Positions 9,110-19,336 of a DNA stretch of 64,000 nt are shown in pieces. The notes beneath the pieces were generated by a model, which searched no databases, was not told the DNA's origin, and was given only the letters and a program-made list of their open reading frames with translations. Each line of letters opens with the position of its first letter. Within the stretch, counting starts at the first letter, position 1. Source of the stretch: Candidatus Doriopsillibacter californiensis (GTDB lineage Bacteria > Pseudomonadota > Gammaproteobacteria > Tethybacterales > Persebacteraceae); NCBI GenBank assembly GCA_030386295.1, contig JANQAO010000003.1:48114-112113 (forward strand). Reading direction: 5' to 3'. The translations under genes and the position numbers were made by a program.

Positions 9110-10096
9110 TCACACGGCAAATCCCGGCTCCACACCAAAACGATATTCGTGGTCGGAGGAAATAGATTGAAATGCCGCCGCTAGCGCAATCATGGCGGCA
9201 TTATCTCCACAATGCATCGGCAGTGGCGAACACAGTTCTGTATTTTTTGCTGCGCACACTGCTTGCAACGTGTTTTGCACGTATTTATTTTGCGCAACTC
9301 CACCCACGATGGCTAATCGCTCAGCGCCAAGTTTTTCAATCGCCTGCGATACTTGACGCGCCAGTCCGCGCGCTACTGTTGCTTGAAACGAGGCAGCAAT
9401 GTCGGCGCGTACGGCATCATCATCGCAGTCTTGTTTTGCCGCCAGTCGTCGCACAGCGGTTTTGAGGCCGCTGAAACTAAACTGGCAATTAGGCTGAGCC
9501 GGAGAGGGTAGAGAAAAACGTTCGGTGTTACCAGTTGCTGCAAGTTTTTCTAGCGCACCGCCGCCCGGATAACCCAAATCCAGTAATACTGCTGTTTTAT
9601 CAAAAGCTTCGCCGGCGGCATCGTCCAGCGTTTCTCCCAGTAGTAGTAATGAGTCCGGAGATTTTACCTGCCACAGTTGTGTATGGCCGCCGGATACCAG
9701 CAATGCCAAATAGGGAAAAGCAAAATGTGGATTAGATAATAGTGGTGATAGTAAGTGTCCGGCTAGATGATTTACACCGACTAGTGGCAATCCCCAGGTG
9801 AAAGCTAGTCCACTCGCGACTGTGGCACCAGCCAGTAGCGCGCTGGCTAGTCCGGGACCGCGTGTGTAGGCGATTTTGGTTGGTCGGACGTTGGTAGTTT
9901 TTAACAAGTCATCAACTAGCGGTAACGCCCGCCGTAGGTGATCGCGCGAAGCCAGTTCCGGTACTACGCCGCCATAGGGGCGGTGTCTTCGCCATTGTGA
10001 ATACACTCGTTCGCCAAGTAGTCCGCGTTGTTTTGAGTACAAAGCGCAGGCGGTTTCATCACACGATGTTTCAAATGCGAGAATGACTTTTTCCAT
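9110..10096 (-). CDS. tsaD: tRNA N6-adenosine threonylcarbamoyltransferase
   Basis: ETSCDET, YGGVVPELASRDH, HLAGH, LLVSGGHT, DDAAGEAFDK, FSFSGLKT and DNAAMIA motifs. Confidence 0.97.
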   Translation of the reverse strand: MEKVILAFETSCDETACALYSKQRGLLGERVYSQWRRHRPYGGVVPELASRDHLRRALPLVDDLLKTTNVRPTKIAYTRGPGLASALLAGATVASGLAFTWGLPLVGVNHLAGHLLSPLLSNPHFAFPYLALLVSGGHTQLWQVKSPDSLLLLGETLDDAAGEAFDKTAVLLDLGYPGGGALEKLAATGNTERFSLPSPAQPNCQFSFSGLKTAVRRLAAKQDCDDDAVRADIAASFQATVARGLARQVSQAIEKLGAERLAIVGGVAQNKYVQNTLQAVCAAKNTELCSPLPMHCGDNAAMIALAAAFQSISSDHEYRFGVEPGFAV

Positions 10097-10232
10097 AAAT
10101 GCGCGGTAAAAATAAAAAAATAATGATGGCTGTAGGCGAAATAGCTATGCTATTAGGTTATAAAACGATTGTAGCGAAAGCGCAAATAATTCTAACTTAA
10201 ATTACAGTTGTCAATTATGGGAAAATGGTAGG

Positions 10233-13100
10233 ATGAACAATCTCCCCGCTTTTGAAAAACACGCCAAACAAGAACACAAATATACTACCTGCTACATGTG
10301 TGCCTGCCGTTGTGGGGTGCGAGTAACGCTTGAAGATGGCAAAATTCGTTTTGTCCAAGGCAATCCCAATCATCCTGTCAATCGCGGGGTGCTATGCGGC
10401 AAAGGCAATGCCGCCATAATGAAGCAATATTCACCTGCTAAATTGCGAGCTCCTCTCATGCGCAAGCCGGGCAGTGAGCGTGGTAGCGGTGAATTTGTGG
10501 AAGTGTCGTGGGAACAAGCGATGGATACACTGACTCAGCGATTAGCTACCATTCGTGCTGACGATCCTAACAAACTGGCATTTTTTACAGGGCGTGACCA
10601 AATGCAAGCGCTCACTGGGTTATGGGCGACGCAGTTTGGTACACTCAATTGGGCAGCGCATGGTGGGTTTTGTTCGGTTAACATGGCAGCTGCTGGGTTG
10701 CTCACTCACGGTTATTCGTTTTGGGAATTTGGCGAACCTGATTGGGAGCAAACCAAATATTTTATGCTTTGGGGAGTGGCCGAAGATCACGCTTCCAACC
10801 CCATCAAAATTGGATTGAAAAAACTTAAAGAGCGCGGTGTCAAAATCGTTGCGATTAATCCAGTGCGCACAGGGTACCAGGCAATTGCCGATGAATGGGT
10901 GCCAATTACTCCCGGCGGTGACGGTGCTTTGGCACTGGCATTTATCCACGTATTACTGAGCGAACGGCGTATTGATGAGGAATTTTTAATTAGATACACC
11001 AATCTATCATGGTTGGTAGATGACGAAGGTCTTTTTGTACGCGACAGCGATGGTCGCCCATTGGCGTGGTGTTTAGAAAATAATGTGGTGATGGATGCGC
11101 AAAAATGTGACATTTGTCCGGCATTAGTTGGAGAATACACTCTTGCTGACGGCAGGTCTGTGCGTACTGCCATGACTTTGGCAATGACACAATATTTAGA
11201 TGAATCGAACTCGCCGGAAGCTATGACGGCGCACTGTGGTGTGCCGGCGGCAACTATTCGCCGCCTCGCGCGCGAGCTTGCCAATGTGGCTTTTTCACAG
11301 CCGGTGGTAGTGAATACGCCGTGGATAGATAGTGCCGGAAGGCAACACGAATCGTTTGTTGGGAGGCCAGTCTCTATGCACGCGATGCGTGGCGTGTCAG
11401 CGCATAGCAACGGCTTTCAAAGTTGTCGCGCTATTCACTTTTTGCAAGCGCTTTTGGGAAGTATGGATTGTCCGGGTGGGCACTTGGCTAAACCTCCGTA
11501 TCCGAAGCATCCACCAGCGGTACCCAAACCAGCTAACCGCAGTGCGTCTGGACAACCACTGTCGGCACCACCGCTTGGTATTCCGCGTGGACCGGAAGAT
11601 TTGGCGGTGGACGCCGCCGGTAAACCATTGCGGATTGATCACGCTTTTTCATGGGACGCGCCACTATCGGCACACGGTGCCATGCATATGGTTATTGCCA
11701 ACGCGGCTCGTAAAAATCCGTACGCCATTGATACTTTAATGATTTTTATGGCGAATCTGGCGTGGAATTCTTCCATGAATACGGACGGTACTGTCGCCAT
11801 GCTCACCGCCAAAGAAGACAACGGCGATTACACCATTCCATTTATTGTGGTGAGTGACGCTTTTCATTCCGAAATGGTGAATTATGCCGATTTGGTAATT
11901 CCTGACACTACTTATTTAGAGCGTCATGACACCATCTCTATGTTAGATCGTCCTATTTCCGAACCGCACGCTGCTTGTGACGCGATTCGCGCACCGGTGG
12001 TGGAGCCGCAATATAATACTCGTCCGTGGCAGGAGGTGTTGGTAGAGTTGGCAGGGCGATTGCAATTTCCAGTTTTTACCGGTGAAAATGGCGCGCCACG
12101 CTACGCTGATTACAAGGATTTTATTACTCGCTGGGAAAAAGCTCCTGGCATTGGTTTTTTGGCTGGTTGGCGGGGAGAAAACGGTGACGAACCTCTGCGG
12201 GGAGCGCCTAATCCTGACCAATGGCAGCGATATATTGATAATGAATGCTTTTTTCGGGAAGAGTTGCCACCATCAACGCGTTATTTTCGCTTTGCCAATC
12301 GTGATTATTTGCAATATGCCAAACGTGCCGGATGGACAGAAAGCGATGCTCCGATAGTGATTGAGCTATACAGCGAAACCCTGCGAAAATTTCAGCGCGC
12401 CGGAGAGGGAATGGGTGAACACGTTCCACCTGAAGAATACCAACGTCGCCGCTTGCGCGAGTATTGCCGACCGTTACCATTTTACTATCGTCCGTTAGAG
12501 CAAGCACGGCAGGATGGCGATAGTTATCCATTTTATGCCGTTACTCAACGACCTATGTTTATGTATCATTCGTGGGATTCTCAAAATGCGTGGTTGCGCC
12601 AAATTGCTGCTGACAACCATATTCACATTAATCGCACTCGTGCTGCTGAAATGGGTATTGCTGACGATGATTGGGTCTGGCTGTCGTCGCGCATTGGTAA
12701 AGTGGCGGCGCGCGCACGTTGTATGGACGGCGTAGCTGCTGATACGGTATGGACGTGGAATGCCATTGGTAAAGGTGCGGGTGCTTGGGGGCTGGCAGCA
12801 AACGCCAATGAGAGCGTGGAAGGATTTTTATTAAACAGCCTTATTGGTGAGTGGTTGCCGCCGGTAAACGATGAGTCACCGCTTAGTAACAGTGATCCAA
12901 TTACCGGTCAAGCGGCGTGGTATGACTTGCGAATCAATATTACTAAAATGCGCGCCGAGGAAATTACCGCTTTATCGCACTCGTCGGCATTTGCTACACT
13001 ACCCAATATGGCGCAAGAAAATGAGAAACCGTTGCGCTACATTGCGGGTTCTGCCGTTAATTTGCATCGCACATTTCTTGATACATTATTCCGTAAATAA
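10233..13100 (+). CDS. soeA: Molybdopterin oxidoreductase, SoeA-type sulfite dehydrogenase catalytic subunit
   Basis: TTCYMCACRCG...GNPNHPVNRGVLCGKG Fe-S motif, FFTGRDQMQ, AAHGGFCSVNMAAAG, HAMRGVSAHSNGF, QRPMFMYHSWDSQNAWLRQI and SDPITGQAAWYDL, all typical of SoeA. No Tat signal, consistent with a cytoplasm-facing enzyme. Confidence 0.85.
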   Translation: MNNLPAFEKHAKQEHKYTTCYMCACRCGVRVTLEDGKIRFVQGNPNHPVNRGVLCGKGNAAIMKQYSPAKLRAPLMRKPGSERGSGEFVEVSWEQAMDTLTQRLATIRADDPNKLAFFTGRDQMQALTGLWATQFGTLNWAAHGGFCSVNMAAAGLLTHGYSFWEFGEPDWEQTKYFMLWGVAEDHASNPIKIGLKKLKERGVKIVAINPVRTGYQAIADEWVPITPGGDGALALAFIHVLLSERRIDEEFLIRYTNLSWLVDDEGLFVRDSDGRPLAWCLENNVVMDAQKCDICPALVGEYTLADGRSVRTAMTLAMTQYLDESNSPEAMTAHCGVPAATIRRLARELANVAFSQPVVVNTPWIDSAGRQHESFVGRPVSMHAMRGVSAHSNGFQSCRAIHFLQALLGSMDCPGGHLAKPPYPKHPPAVPKPANRSASGQPLSAPPLGIPRGPEDLAVDAAGKPLRIDHAFSWDAPLSAHGAMHMVIANAARKNPYAIDTLMIFMANLAWNSSMNTDGTVAMLTAKEDNGDYTIPFIVVSDAFHSEMVNYADLVIPDTTYLERHDTISMLDRPISEPHAACDAIRAPVVEPQYNTRPWQEVLVELAGRLQFPVFTGENGAPRYADYKDFITRWEKAPGIGFLAGWRGENGDEPLRGAPNPDQWQRYIDNECFFREELPPSTRYFRFANRDYLQYAKRAGWTESDAPIVIELYSETLRKFQRAGEGMGEHVPPEEYQRRRLREYCRPLPFYYRPLEQARQDGDSYPFYAVTQRPMFMYHSWDSQNAWLRQIAADNHIHINRTRAAEMGIADDDWVWLSSRIGKVAARARCMDGVAADTVWTWNAIGKGAGAWGLAANANESVEGFLLNSLIGEWLPPVNDESPLSNSDPITGQAAWYDLRINITKMRAEEITALSHSSAFATLPNMAQENEKPLRYIAGSAVNLHRTFLDTLFRK

Positions 13101-13145
13101 TCTACGATAAAAAATATTGATTTGCCAACAAAAGGAGAAAATAAT

Positions 13146-13456
13146 ATGGCTTATGTTGACGGGTACATTGCTGCCGTGCCTACAGCAAACAAAGATAGTT
13201 ACAAAGAACACGCGGTTAAGGTAGCGGCAGTTTTTAAGGAGAACGGCGCGCTGAAAACTGTTCAGTGTTGGGGTGATGAAGTGCCAGAAGGAAAAAATAC
13301 ATCATTTCCAATGGCGGTTAAATGCAAAGAAGATGAGGCGGTTGTATTTGTATGAAAAAATCGATGGCCGATCCGCGTATGCATCCTCCCGGTAATCAGA
13401 TGCTCTTTGATGGTAAGAGAATTATATTTGGCGGTTTTGAGGTAATTGCTGAGTAA
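13146..13456 (+). pseudogene. DUF1428 (YbaA) family protein with an internal deletion/frameshift
   Basis: MAYVDGYIAAVP...CWGDEVPEGKNTSFPMAVKCKEDEAVVF stops early. The usual SWI.WPS...RD segment is missing, and the C-terminus MKKSMADPRM...FDGKRIIFGGFE follows in another frame to TAA at 13454-13456. Confidence 0.85.
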
Positions 13457-13525
13457 TAATAATTTGGTTTTATTTACGTTTGCGTGCTGAGAAAGTATCT
13501 AAGCACATACCGATTGAGCTCAATG

Positions 13526-15445
13526 CTAAGCAGCTTTTACTTCCTCATCACCGATATTCGAATTTTTCTTTTCGTCTGATTTTTCGTCTTCATCATCTTC
13601 TTCATCGTTATCTAGATCCGCCGGTGGCGTAGGAGGAGACTCCTGTGGCGGTTCTGGCGGGCGTCCTTCCATAATGGCGTTAATTTGCTTCTCATCTATG
13701 CTCTCCCAGTCCAATAATGCTTTTGTCATAACTTCTACTTTGTCACGATTATCTTCTAGCAGCTTTCGTGCGCGAGTATATTGATCGTCAATAATACGGC
13801 GAATCTCGGCGTCCACCTCGCGCATGGTAGTTTCAGATACTTGTCGCTGAGAAGAAATGGAACGTCCCAAAAATACTTCGCCTTCATCTTCACTGTACAC
13901 CATAGTGCCCATATTTTTGCTCATGCCCCACTGTGTCACCATTCGTCTCGCCATTGTCGTGGCGCGTTCAAAGTCGTTAGAGGCGCCGGTAGTCATTTGA
14001 CTCATAAACAGCTCTTCAGCTATACGTCCAGCCAGTAAAACACAAATATTGCCCAAGATTTGGGATTCAGTCATGTTGTAGCGATCTTCGGCTGGCAATT
14101 GCATAGTTACACCTAATGCTCGCCCTCGTGGAACGATAGTAACTTTGTGTACTGGATCGGTTTCAGGTAATAGTCGCGCGACAACGGCATGTCCTGACTC
14201 GTGATAGGCGGTGTTTTTTCGTTCTTTTTCTGGCATAACAATGGAACGACGTTCGGCACCCATGATAATTTTTTCTTTGGCGAACTCAAAATCAGTCATG
14301 CGTACGATTTTGCGTTTGCAGCGCCCAGCATACAGCGCTGCTTCGTTTACTAGATTGGCCAAGTCGGCGCCAGCAAAGCCCGGCGTACCACGAGCTACCA
14401 CTTTGGCATCTACATCACGACCAATAGATACCTTGCGCATGTGCACGAGCAAGATTTCTTCACGCCCACGAATATCTGGCAGTGGCACTACCACTTGCCG
14501 GTCAAAGCGTCCGGGGCGCAATAATGCTGGATCCAATACATCAGGTCGGTTGGTGGCAGCAATAATGATGACGCCAGTGTTTTCTTCAAATCCATCCATC
14601 TCAACTAATAGCTGATTGAGTGTTTGCTCACGCTCATCATTACCACCACCAAGTCCGGTACCACGCTGGCGACCAACGGCGTCAAGTTCGTCTATAAAAA
14701 CGATGCACGGCGCACTTTTTTTGGATTGTTCAAACATGTCGCGCACACGAGAAGCGCCGACCCCTACGAACATTTCCACAAAATCAGAACCGGAAATAGA
14801 AAAGAAAGGCACTTTTGCCTCGCCGGCAATCGCGCGTGCTAGCAACGTTTTTCCAGTTCCCGGGCTACCTACCATCAGCACGCCGCGCGGGATTTTGGCG
14901 CCCAGTTTGCGAAAACGTCCGGGCTTGCGCAAAAATTGAACTAATTCACTGACTTCGTTTTTTGCTTCTTCACAGCCGGCTACGTTTTCAAATGTCACAC
15001 GATTTTCATTTTCGTCCATGACTCGAGCGCGACTTTTGCCAAATGAAAAAGCACCGCCACGTCCGCCACCTTGCATACGCTGCATAAAAAATATCCACAC
15101 GCCGATAAGCAATAGCATGGGAAACCAAGAAACGAAAATAGTGAAAAGAAAAGATCTTTCTTCTTCTGGAGTGGCTTCCACTTCCACGCCTGCTTTGCGC
15201 AAGTCAGACGCCATAAACACATCGCTGGGCGCGTGGGCAGTGACAATTTCGTTGGTTTCTGTGCGCCCCTTTAATTCAGAGCCATCAATTTTGACGCGTA
15301 CAAACAGCCCCTCTTCGGCGCGACGCATAAACTCAGAGTAGGGGATGCTGTCATCGCCAATATTGCCACGTAATTGGCCAAACAAAAAAACGACGCCCAT
15401 GAAAAGCATCGTCCATATAATAAAGGTCCTGATTGCCGGATGCAT
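13526..15445 (-). CDS. ftsH: ATP-dependent zinc metalloprotease FtsH
   Basis: Two TM segments, Walker [41 protein letters not shown] and HESGH. Confidence 0.98.
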   Translation of the reverse strand: MHPAIRTFIIWTMLFMGVVFLFGQLRGNIGDDSIPYSEFMRRAEEGLFVRVKIDGSELKGRTETNEIVTAHAPSDVFMASDLRKAGVEVEATPEEERSFLFTIFVSWFPMLLLIGVWIFFMQRMQGGGRGGAFSFGKSRARVMDENENRVTFENVAGCEEAKNEVSELVQFLRKPGRFRKLGAKIPRGVLMVGSPGTGKTLLARAIAGEAKVPFFSISGSDFVEMFVGVGASRVRDMFEQSKKSAPCIVFIDELDAVGRQRGTGLGGGNDEREQTLNQLLVEMDGFEENTGVIIIAATNRPDVLDPALLRPGRFDRQVVVPLPDIRGREEILLVHMRKVSIGRDVDAKVVARGTPGFAGADLANLVNEAALYAGRCKRKIVRMTDFEFAKEKIIMGAERRSIVMPEKERKNTAYHESGHAVVARLLPETDPVHKVTIVPRGRALGVTMQLPAEDRYNMTESQILGNICVLLAGRIAEELFMSQMTTGASNDFERATTMARRMVTQWGMSKNMGTMVYSEDEGEVFLGRSISSQRQVSETTMREVDAEIRRIIDDQYTRARKLLEDNRDKVEVMTKALLDWESIDEKQINAIMEGRPPEPPQESPPTPPADLDNDEEDDEDEKSDEKKNSNIGDEEVKAA

Positions 15446-15457
15446 GATTTTCTGATT

Positions 15458-16078
15458 CTACGCTTTTCGCACACCTCTGGCAAGAAAATACGCTTCTTTG
15501 CTGGCGGCACGGCTTGCTTGTAGATGCAATATTTTAACTGTCATAAATTGTTTTTTCATTTCTTCTAACAATAAGGGAAAATCATCTCCTTGAAATCCTT
15601 TGGACAAAAAGCGTCCCGTTGGCGGCAATACACGTAAGGCAAAATTCATCGCTGCTCGTACCAACTCTGCGGCTCGTGCTTGGTCAGCCGCGGCAATTCC
15701 GGATAAATTTGGCGCCATATCTGACAGCACCACATCGGCACGTCCGTCAAATAACTCTAATATTGTTGCGATGGTTTTTTCTTGTGTGAAGTCCGCTTGC
15801 AAAATATGTGCTCCTACTACTGGTTTTGTGGGAAGCAAATCTACGCCTACTACCTTCCCGTCGGTTTTTTGTGTGGCCACTTGCAGCCAGCCACCAGGGG
15901 AGCACCCCAAGTCGGCAATTTGGACATCTGAATGCAATAGTCGTTCGCGAGCATCAATTTCCAATAATTTAAATGCTGACCGTGAGCGGTACCCTTGTGC
16001 ACGGGCAGCACGTACTTGCGTATCTTGTTCCTGCACGCGATGCCATTGCGCGGATTTGGATTGCCGTTTTTGGGACAC
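15458..16078 (-). CDS. rlmE: 23S rRNA U2552 2'-O-methyltransferase RlmE
   Basis: GYRSRSAFKLLEI, DLGCSPGGWLQ and VLSDMAPNLSG motifs; canonical position upstream of ftsH. Start placed at GTG 16078. Confidence 0.95.
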   Translation of the reverse strand: MSQKRQSKSAQWHRVQEQDTQVRAARAQGYRSRSAFKLLEIDARERLLHSDVQIADLGCSPGGWLQVATQKTDGKVVGVDLLPTKPVVGAHILQADFTQEKTIATILELFDGRADVVLSDMAPNLSGIAAADQARAAELVRAAMNFALRVLPPTGRFLSKGFQGDDFPLLLEEMKKQFMTVKILHLQASRAASKEAYFLARGVRKA

Positions 16079-16148
16079 AAGTGTATTGTATCTCGGCACA
16101 AAGATGACAATGCTAAAAAAACAATAGTAACGGATTAAAATCGGGCTT

Positions 16149-16595
16149 ATGTCTCCTGTTGTCATTGTTAATAATGCGCCCATTGATGCGGGCGCTGAAA
16201 GCGGTCATATTCACGCTGCTACTGCTGGTGACGCCGGTGCGGTGCTGTGTTTTAGCGGAGCAGTTCGTGGTGGTGATGTGCTGGCGATGACGTTGGAACA
16301 CTATCCAGACATGACGGAACTCGCTTTGCGAGATATTGCGGTGGCAGCAGAAAAACGTTGGGCACTGTTGGCGGTGCGGGTACGTCATCGTGTCGGGCGC
16401 ATGATGCCGGGAGAAATTATTGTTTTTGTTGGTGTGGCTACTACGCATCGTGCTGATGCTTTTGCCGCTGGTTCCTACATCATGGACTATCTTAAAACAC
16501 AGGCGCCATTTTGGAAAAAAGAAGAAACCACGGCCGGTTGTCGTTGGGTGGATGCTCGCGATACTGATGATGATGCCCGAAATCGTTGGGAATAG
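16149..16595 (+). CDS. moaE: Molybdopterin synthase catalytic subunit
   Basis: GAVLCFSGAVR, LEHYPDMTE, HRVGRM, HRADAF and MDYLKTQAPFWKKE motifs. Confidence 0.95.
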   Translation: MSPVVIVNNAPIDAGAESGHIHAATAGDAGAVLCFSGAVRGGDVLAMTLEHYPDMTELALRDIAVAAEKRWALLAVRVRHRVGRMMPGEIIVFVGVATTHRADAFAAGSYIMDYLKTQAPFWKKEETTAGCRWVDARDTDDDARNRWE

Positions 16596-17164
16596 TGAGC
16601 CTCATCGCCGTCATTGCCGCCGCCGCATTAGCCGACAATATTATTTTGGCGAAAATGTTAGGTTTGTGTCCGTTCACTGGACTGTCCAAGCGGCTAGATG
16701 TGGCCGTTGGTGTTGGCGTGGCGACGGCTGCAGTACTCACGCTATCCGCTGCTGCTGCGTGGGTTGTCAACGCTACGTTATTGCAAAACATATCGTCATT
16801 ACAGCCACTTATTTTTATCACATTAGCTGCGATAGTAGTGCAGGGAGCAGAATTAGCTATGCGCCTGTGGATGCCGCTCATGCACCGGATGCTGGGGTTA
16901 TATTTGCCGCTTATTGCGACCAATTGTGCGGTGCTGGGGGTAATGTTGCTGGCGGTGCGCAAGTCACCAGATTCTTTTATTGAAGCGGTAGCGCGTGGTT
17001 TTGGCGGTGGGGTAGGCTTTTTGCTGGCAATGGTGTGCTTAGCCTTAGTGCGCGAGCGCATAACTGATTCGCAAGTGCCGGTAGCCATGCGCGGGGCACC
17101 GCTTACTATGATCACAATAGGCTGGATGGCGCTGGCGTTTTCAGGGTTGCACGGAATTTTTTAA
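16595..17164 (+). CDS. rsxA: Rnf/Rsx electron transport complex subunit A
   Basis: NIILAKMLGLCPF, LGLYLPLIATNCAVLG, VRERI and MALAFSG motifs. The GTG start overlaps the moaE stop. Confidence 0.9.
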   Translation: MSLIAVIAAAALADNIILAKMLGLCPFTGLSKRLDVAVGVGVATAAVLTLSAAAAWVVNATLLQNISSLQPLIFITLAAIVVQGAELAMRLWMPLMHRMLGLYLPLIATNCAVLGVMLLAVRKSPDSFIEAVARGFGGGVGFLLAMVCLALVRERITDSQVPVAMRGAPLTMITIGWMALAFSGLHGIF

Positions 17165-17172
17165 CAAATGCA

Positions 17173-17652
17173 ATGACAACAGTGGCGTTAATCCTGCTGA
17201 TGGCCGTAGCAGGCGGTTTATTGGGCTTTTTGTATCAACGTACGACTCTGCAAGATAGCACAGCACCTCTCACTGCTGCACTTAACGAGGCGCTGCCGCA
17301 ATTGCAATGTGGTGACTGCGGTTACCCAGGTTGCCGACCTTACGCTGCCGCAATTGCTTGTGGCGAAGCGGAAATTAATCTATGCCCGCCCGGTGGCTCG
17401 GAAACCGTGCAGCAGTTAGCGCAATTGCTCAATGTTGAGCCGCCACTCATACCGCAGCAGCCGCAGCGGCTGGTAGCAGTTATTCGTGCAGAAGATTGTG
17501 TAGGCTGTGCGTTGTGCTTACCGGTATGCCCGACAGATGCAATTGTTGGTGCCACACGTCATCGCCACACTGTTATCACCGAACACTGCGTGGGCTGTCG
17601 TTTATGTTTGCCTCCTTGCCCAACAAATTGTATTGAAATGCATCCTGAATAA
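17173..17652 (+). CDS. rsxB: Rnf/Rsx electron transport complex subunit B (short form)
   Basis: N-terminal TM, LPQLQCGDCGYPGCRPYA...INLCPPGG and two CxxCxxCxxxCP ferredoxin motifs. Confidence 0.9.
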   Translation: MTTVALILLMAVAGGLLGFLYQRTTLQDSTAPLTAALNEALPQLQCGDCGYPGCRPYAAAIACGEAEINLCPPGGSETVQQLAQLLNVEPPLIPQQPQRLVAVIRAEDCVGCALCLPVCPTDAIVGATRHRHTVITEHCVGCRLCLPPCPTNCIEMHPE

Positions 17653-17819
17653 AGCGAGTTTATTTCTTCAAATTATTATTTTACGTCCGCATAAATGGAA
17701 ATTAATTCAAAATTCGTTTTAGTAGGATAAAAGCTAAAACTTGGTACGCTCACTTTGCAGAATGTTCTTTTTTGGTTAAAATTTTTGGACAAAGTTTGCA
17801 GTCAAATTTCTTATTTTAA

Positions 17820-19259
17820 TTATTGCGGTAATCGTGAATTTCCCATTAAAAAAGCGTCAACGGCATGGGCACACTGGCGTCCTTCTCTAATCGCCCAAAC
17901 TACTAAAGACTGACCACGCCGCGTATCACCGGCAGCAAATATCTTAGGTAGTGAAGTTTGGTAGTCTCGTTCATTTGCCAGTACATTGCCTCGGTTATCT
18001 AGTTTTACTGCTAATTTATCCAGCAATCCGGTATGTACTGGGTGAATGTATCCCATAGCCAGTAAGGCTAATTGTGCAGGTAGCTCAAACTCAGAACCCG
18101 GTATTTCTTCCATTACAAACTTGCCATTGTCATCGTGCCAGCGTACTTGTGCGGCGCGTATTTGCTGCAACTGACCCTCGGAGTCGCCGATAAAGGCTTT
18201 GGTAATCACGCTCCACTCCCGTTTGCAACCTTCATCGTGTGATGAGGACGTGCGTAGTTTCATGGGCCAGTTGGGCCAAACAAGTTGTTTGTTTTCTTCT
18301 TCTGGTGGGCACGCCAATAATTCAAATTGCGTTACGCTTGCTGCAGTCTGTCGGTTGGAAGTACCGATGCAGTCAGATCCCGTATCGCCGCCGCCGATAA
18401 CTACAACATCTTTTCCGGTAGCTAAAATATCCGCCGTATTAACTGGTAGTCCGGCAACGCGCCGGTTTTGTTGGGGGAGAAAGTCCATGGCGAAATGTAC
18501 CCCTTTGAGTTTGTGTCCCGGTATGGGTAAATCACGCGGTTGTTCGCTGCCTGCCGCTAGCACCAGAGCGTGAAATTCCGCTAATAATTTATTTGCTGAC
18601 GCGCCGTCGTCAATATGGGTATTGGTATGAAAAACAACTCCTTCTGCCTCCATTTGCGCAATGCGGCGGTCAATGAGATGTTTTTCCATCTTGAAGTCAG
18701 GAATGCCAAAGCGTAATAACCCTCCGACTTTTTCATTTTTTTCAAATATATGCGGTTCATGTCCGGCACGAGCTAACTGTTGAGCACAGGCTAGCCCCGC
18801 TGGTCCGGAACCCACGATAGCCACTCGTTTGCCGCTTTTATTGGCGGGTGGACAAGGAGATATCCACCCTTCTTCCCAGCCACAATCAACAATAGCGCGT
18901 TCTACGGATTTGATAGCAACTGCATCATCGTTAATGTTTAACGTGCAGGCAGCCTCACATGGTGCAGGACAGACGCGACCAGTAAACTCGGGGAAATTGT
19001 TGGTGGAATGTAATTTATTTAGAGCTTGTCGCCATTGTTTGCGATAAATGAGATCGTTCCAATCGGGGATGATGTTATGCACTGGGCAACCAGTCTGGCA
19101 AAATGGAATGCCACAATCCATGCACCGAGCTGCCTGCTGGCTGACGTCAGTTGCATCTGGATGAATGGTAAATTCTCGATAATGTTGTAGGCGTTCGGAA
19201 ACCGGTGCATAGGCACCCGTTTCACGTTCTATTTCCAAAAAACCGGTAGTTTTTCCCAT
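17820..19259 (-). CDS. gltD: Glutamate synthase beta (small) subunit
   Basis: [50 protein letters not shown] and [15 protein letters not shown] motifs. Confidence 0.97.
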   Translation of the reverse strand: MGKTTGFLEIERETGAYAPVSERLQHYREFTIHPDATDVSQQAARCMDCGIPFCQTGCPVHNIIPDWNDLIYRKQWRQALNKLHSTNNFPEFTGRVCPAPCEAACTLNINDDAVAIKSVERAIVDCGWEEGWISPCPPANKSGKRVAIVGSGPAGLACAQQLARAGHEPHIFEKNEKVGGLLRFGIPDFKMEKHLIDRRIAQMEAEGVVFHTNTHIDDGASANKLLAEFHALVLAAGSEQPRDLPIPGHKLKGVHFAMDFLPQQNRRVAGLPVNTADILATGKDVVVIGGGDTGSDCIGTSNRQTAASVTQFELLACPPEEENKQLVWPNWPMKLRTSSSHDEGCKREWSVITKAFIGDSEGQLQQIRAAQVRWHDDNGKFVMEEIPGSEFELPAQLALLAMGYIHPVHTGLLDKLAVKLDNRGNVLANERDYQTSLPKIFAAGDTRRGQSLVVWAIREGRQCAHAVDAFLMGNSRLPQ

Positions 19260-19336
19260 AACCGCTATTCTCCCGATTGTGATTTTTAGCAAAGCTCAAA
19301 ATTATACTTGATGGGCGAGGCAGTGGTAGAAAACGC

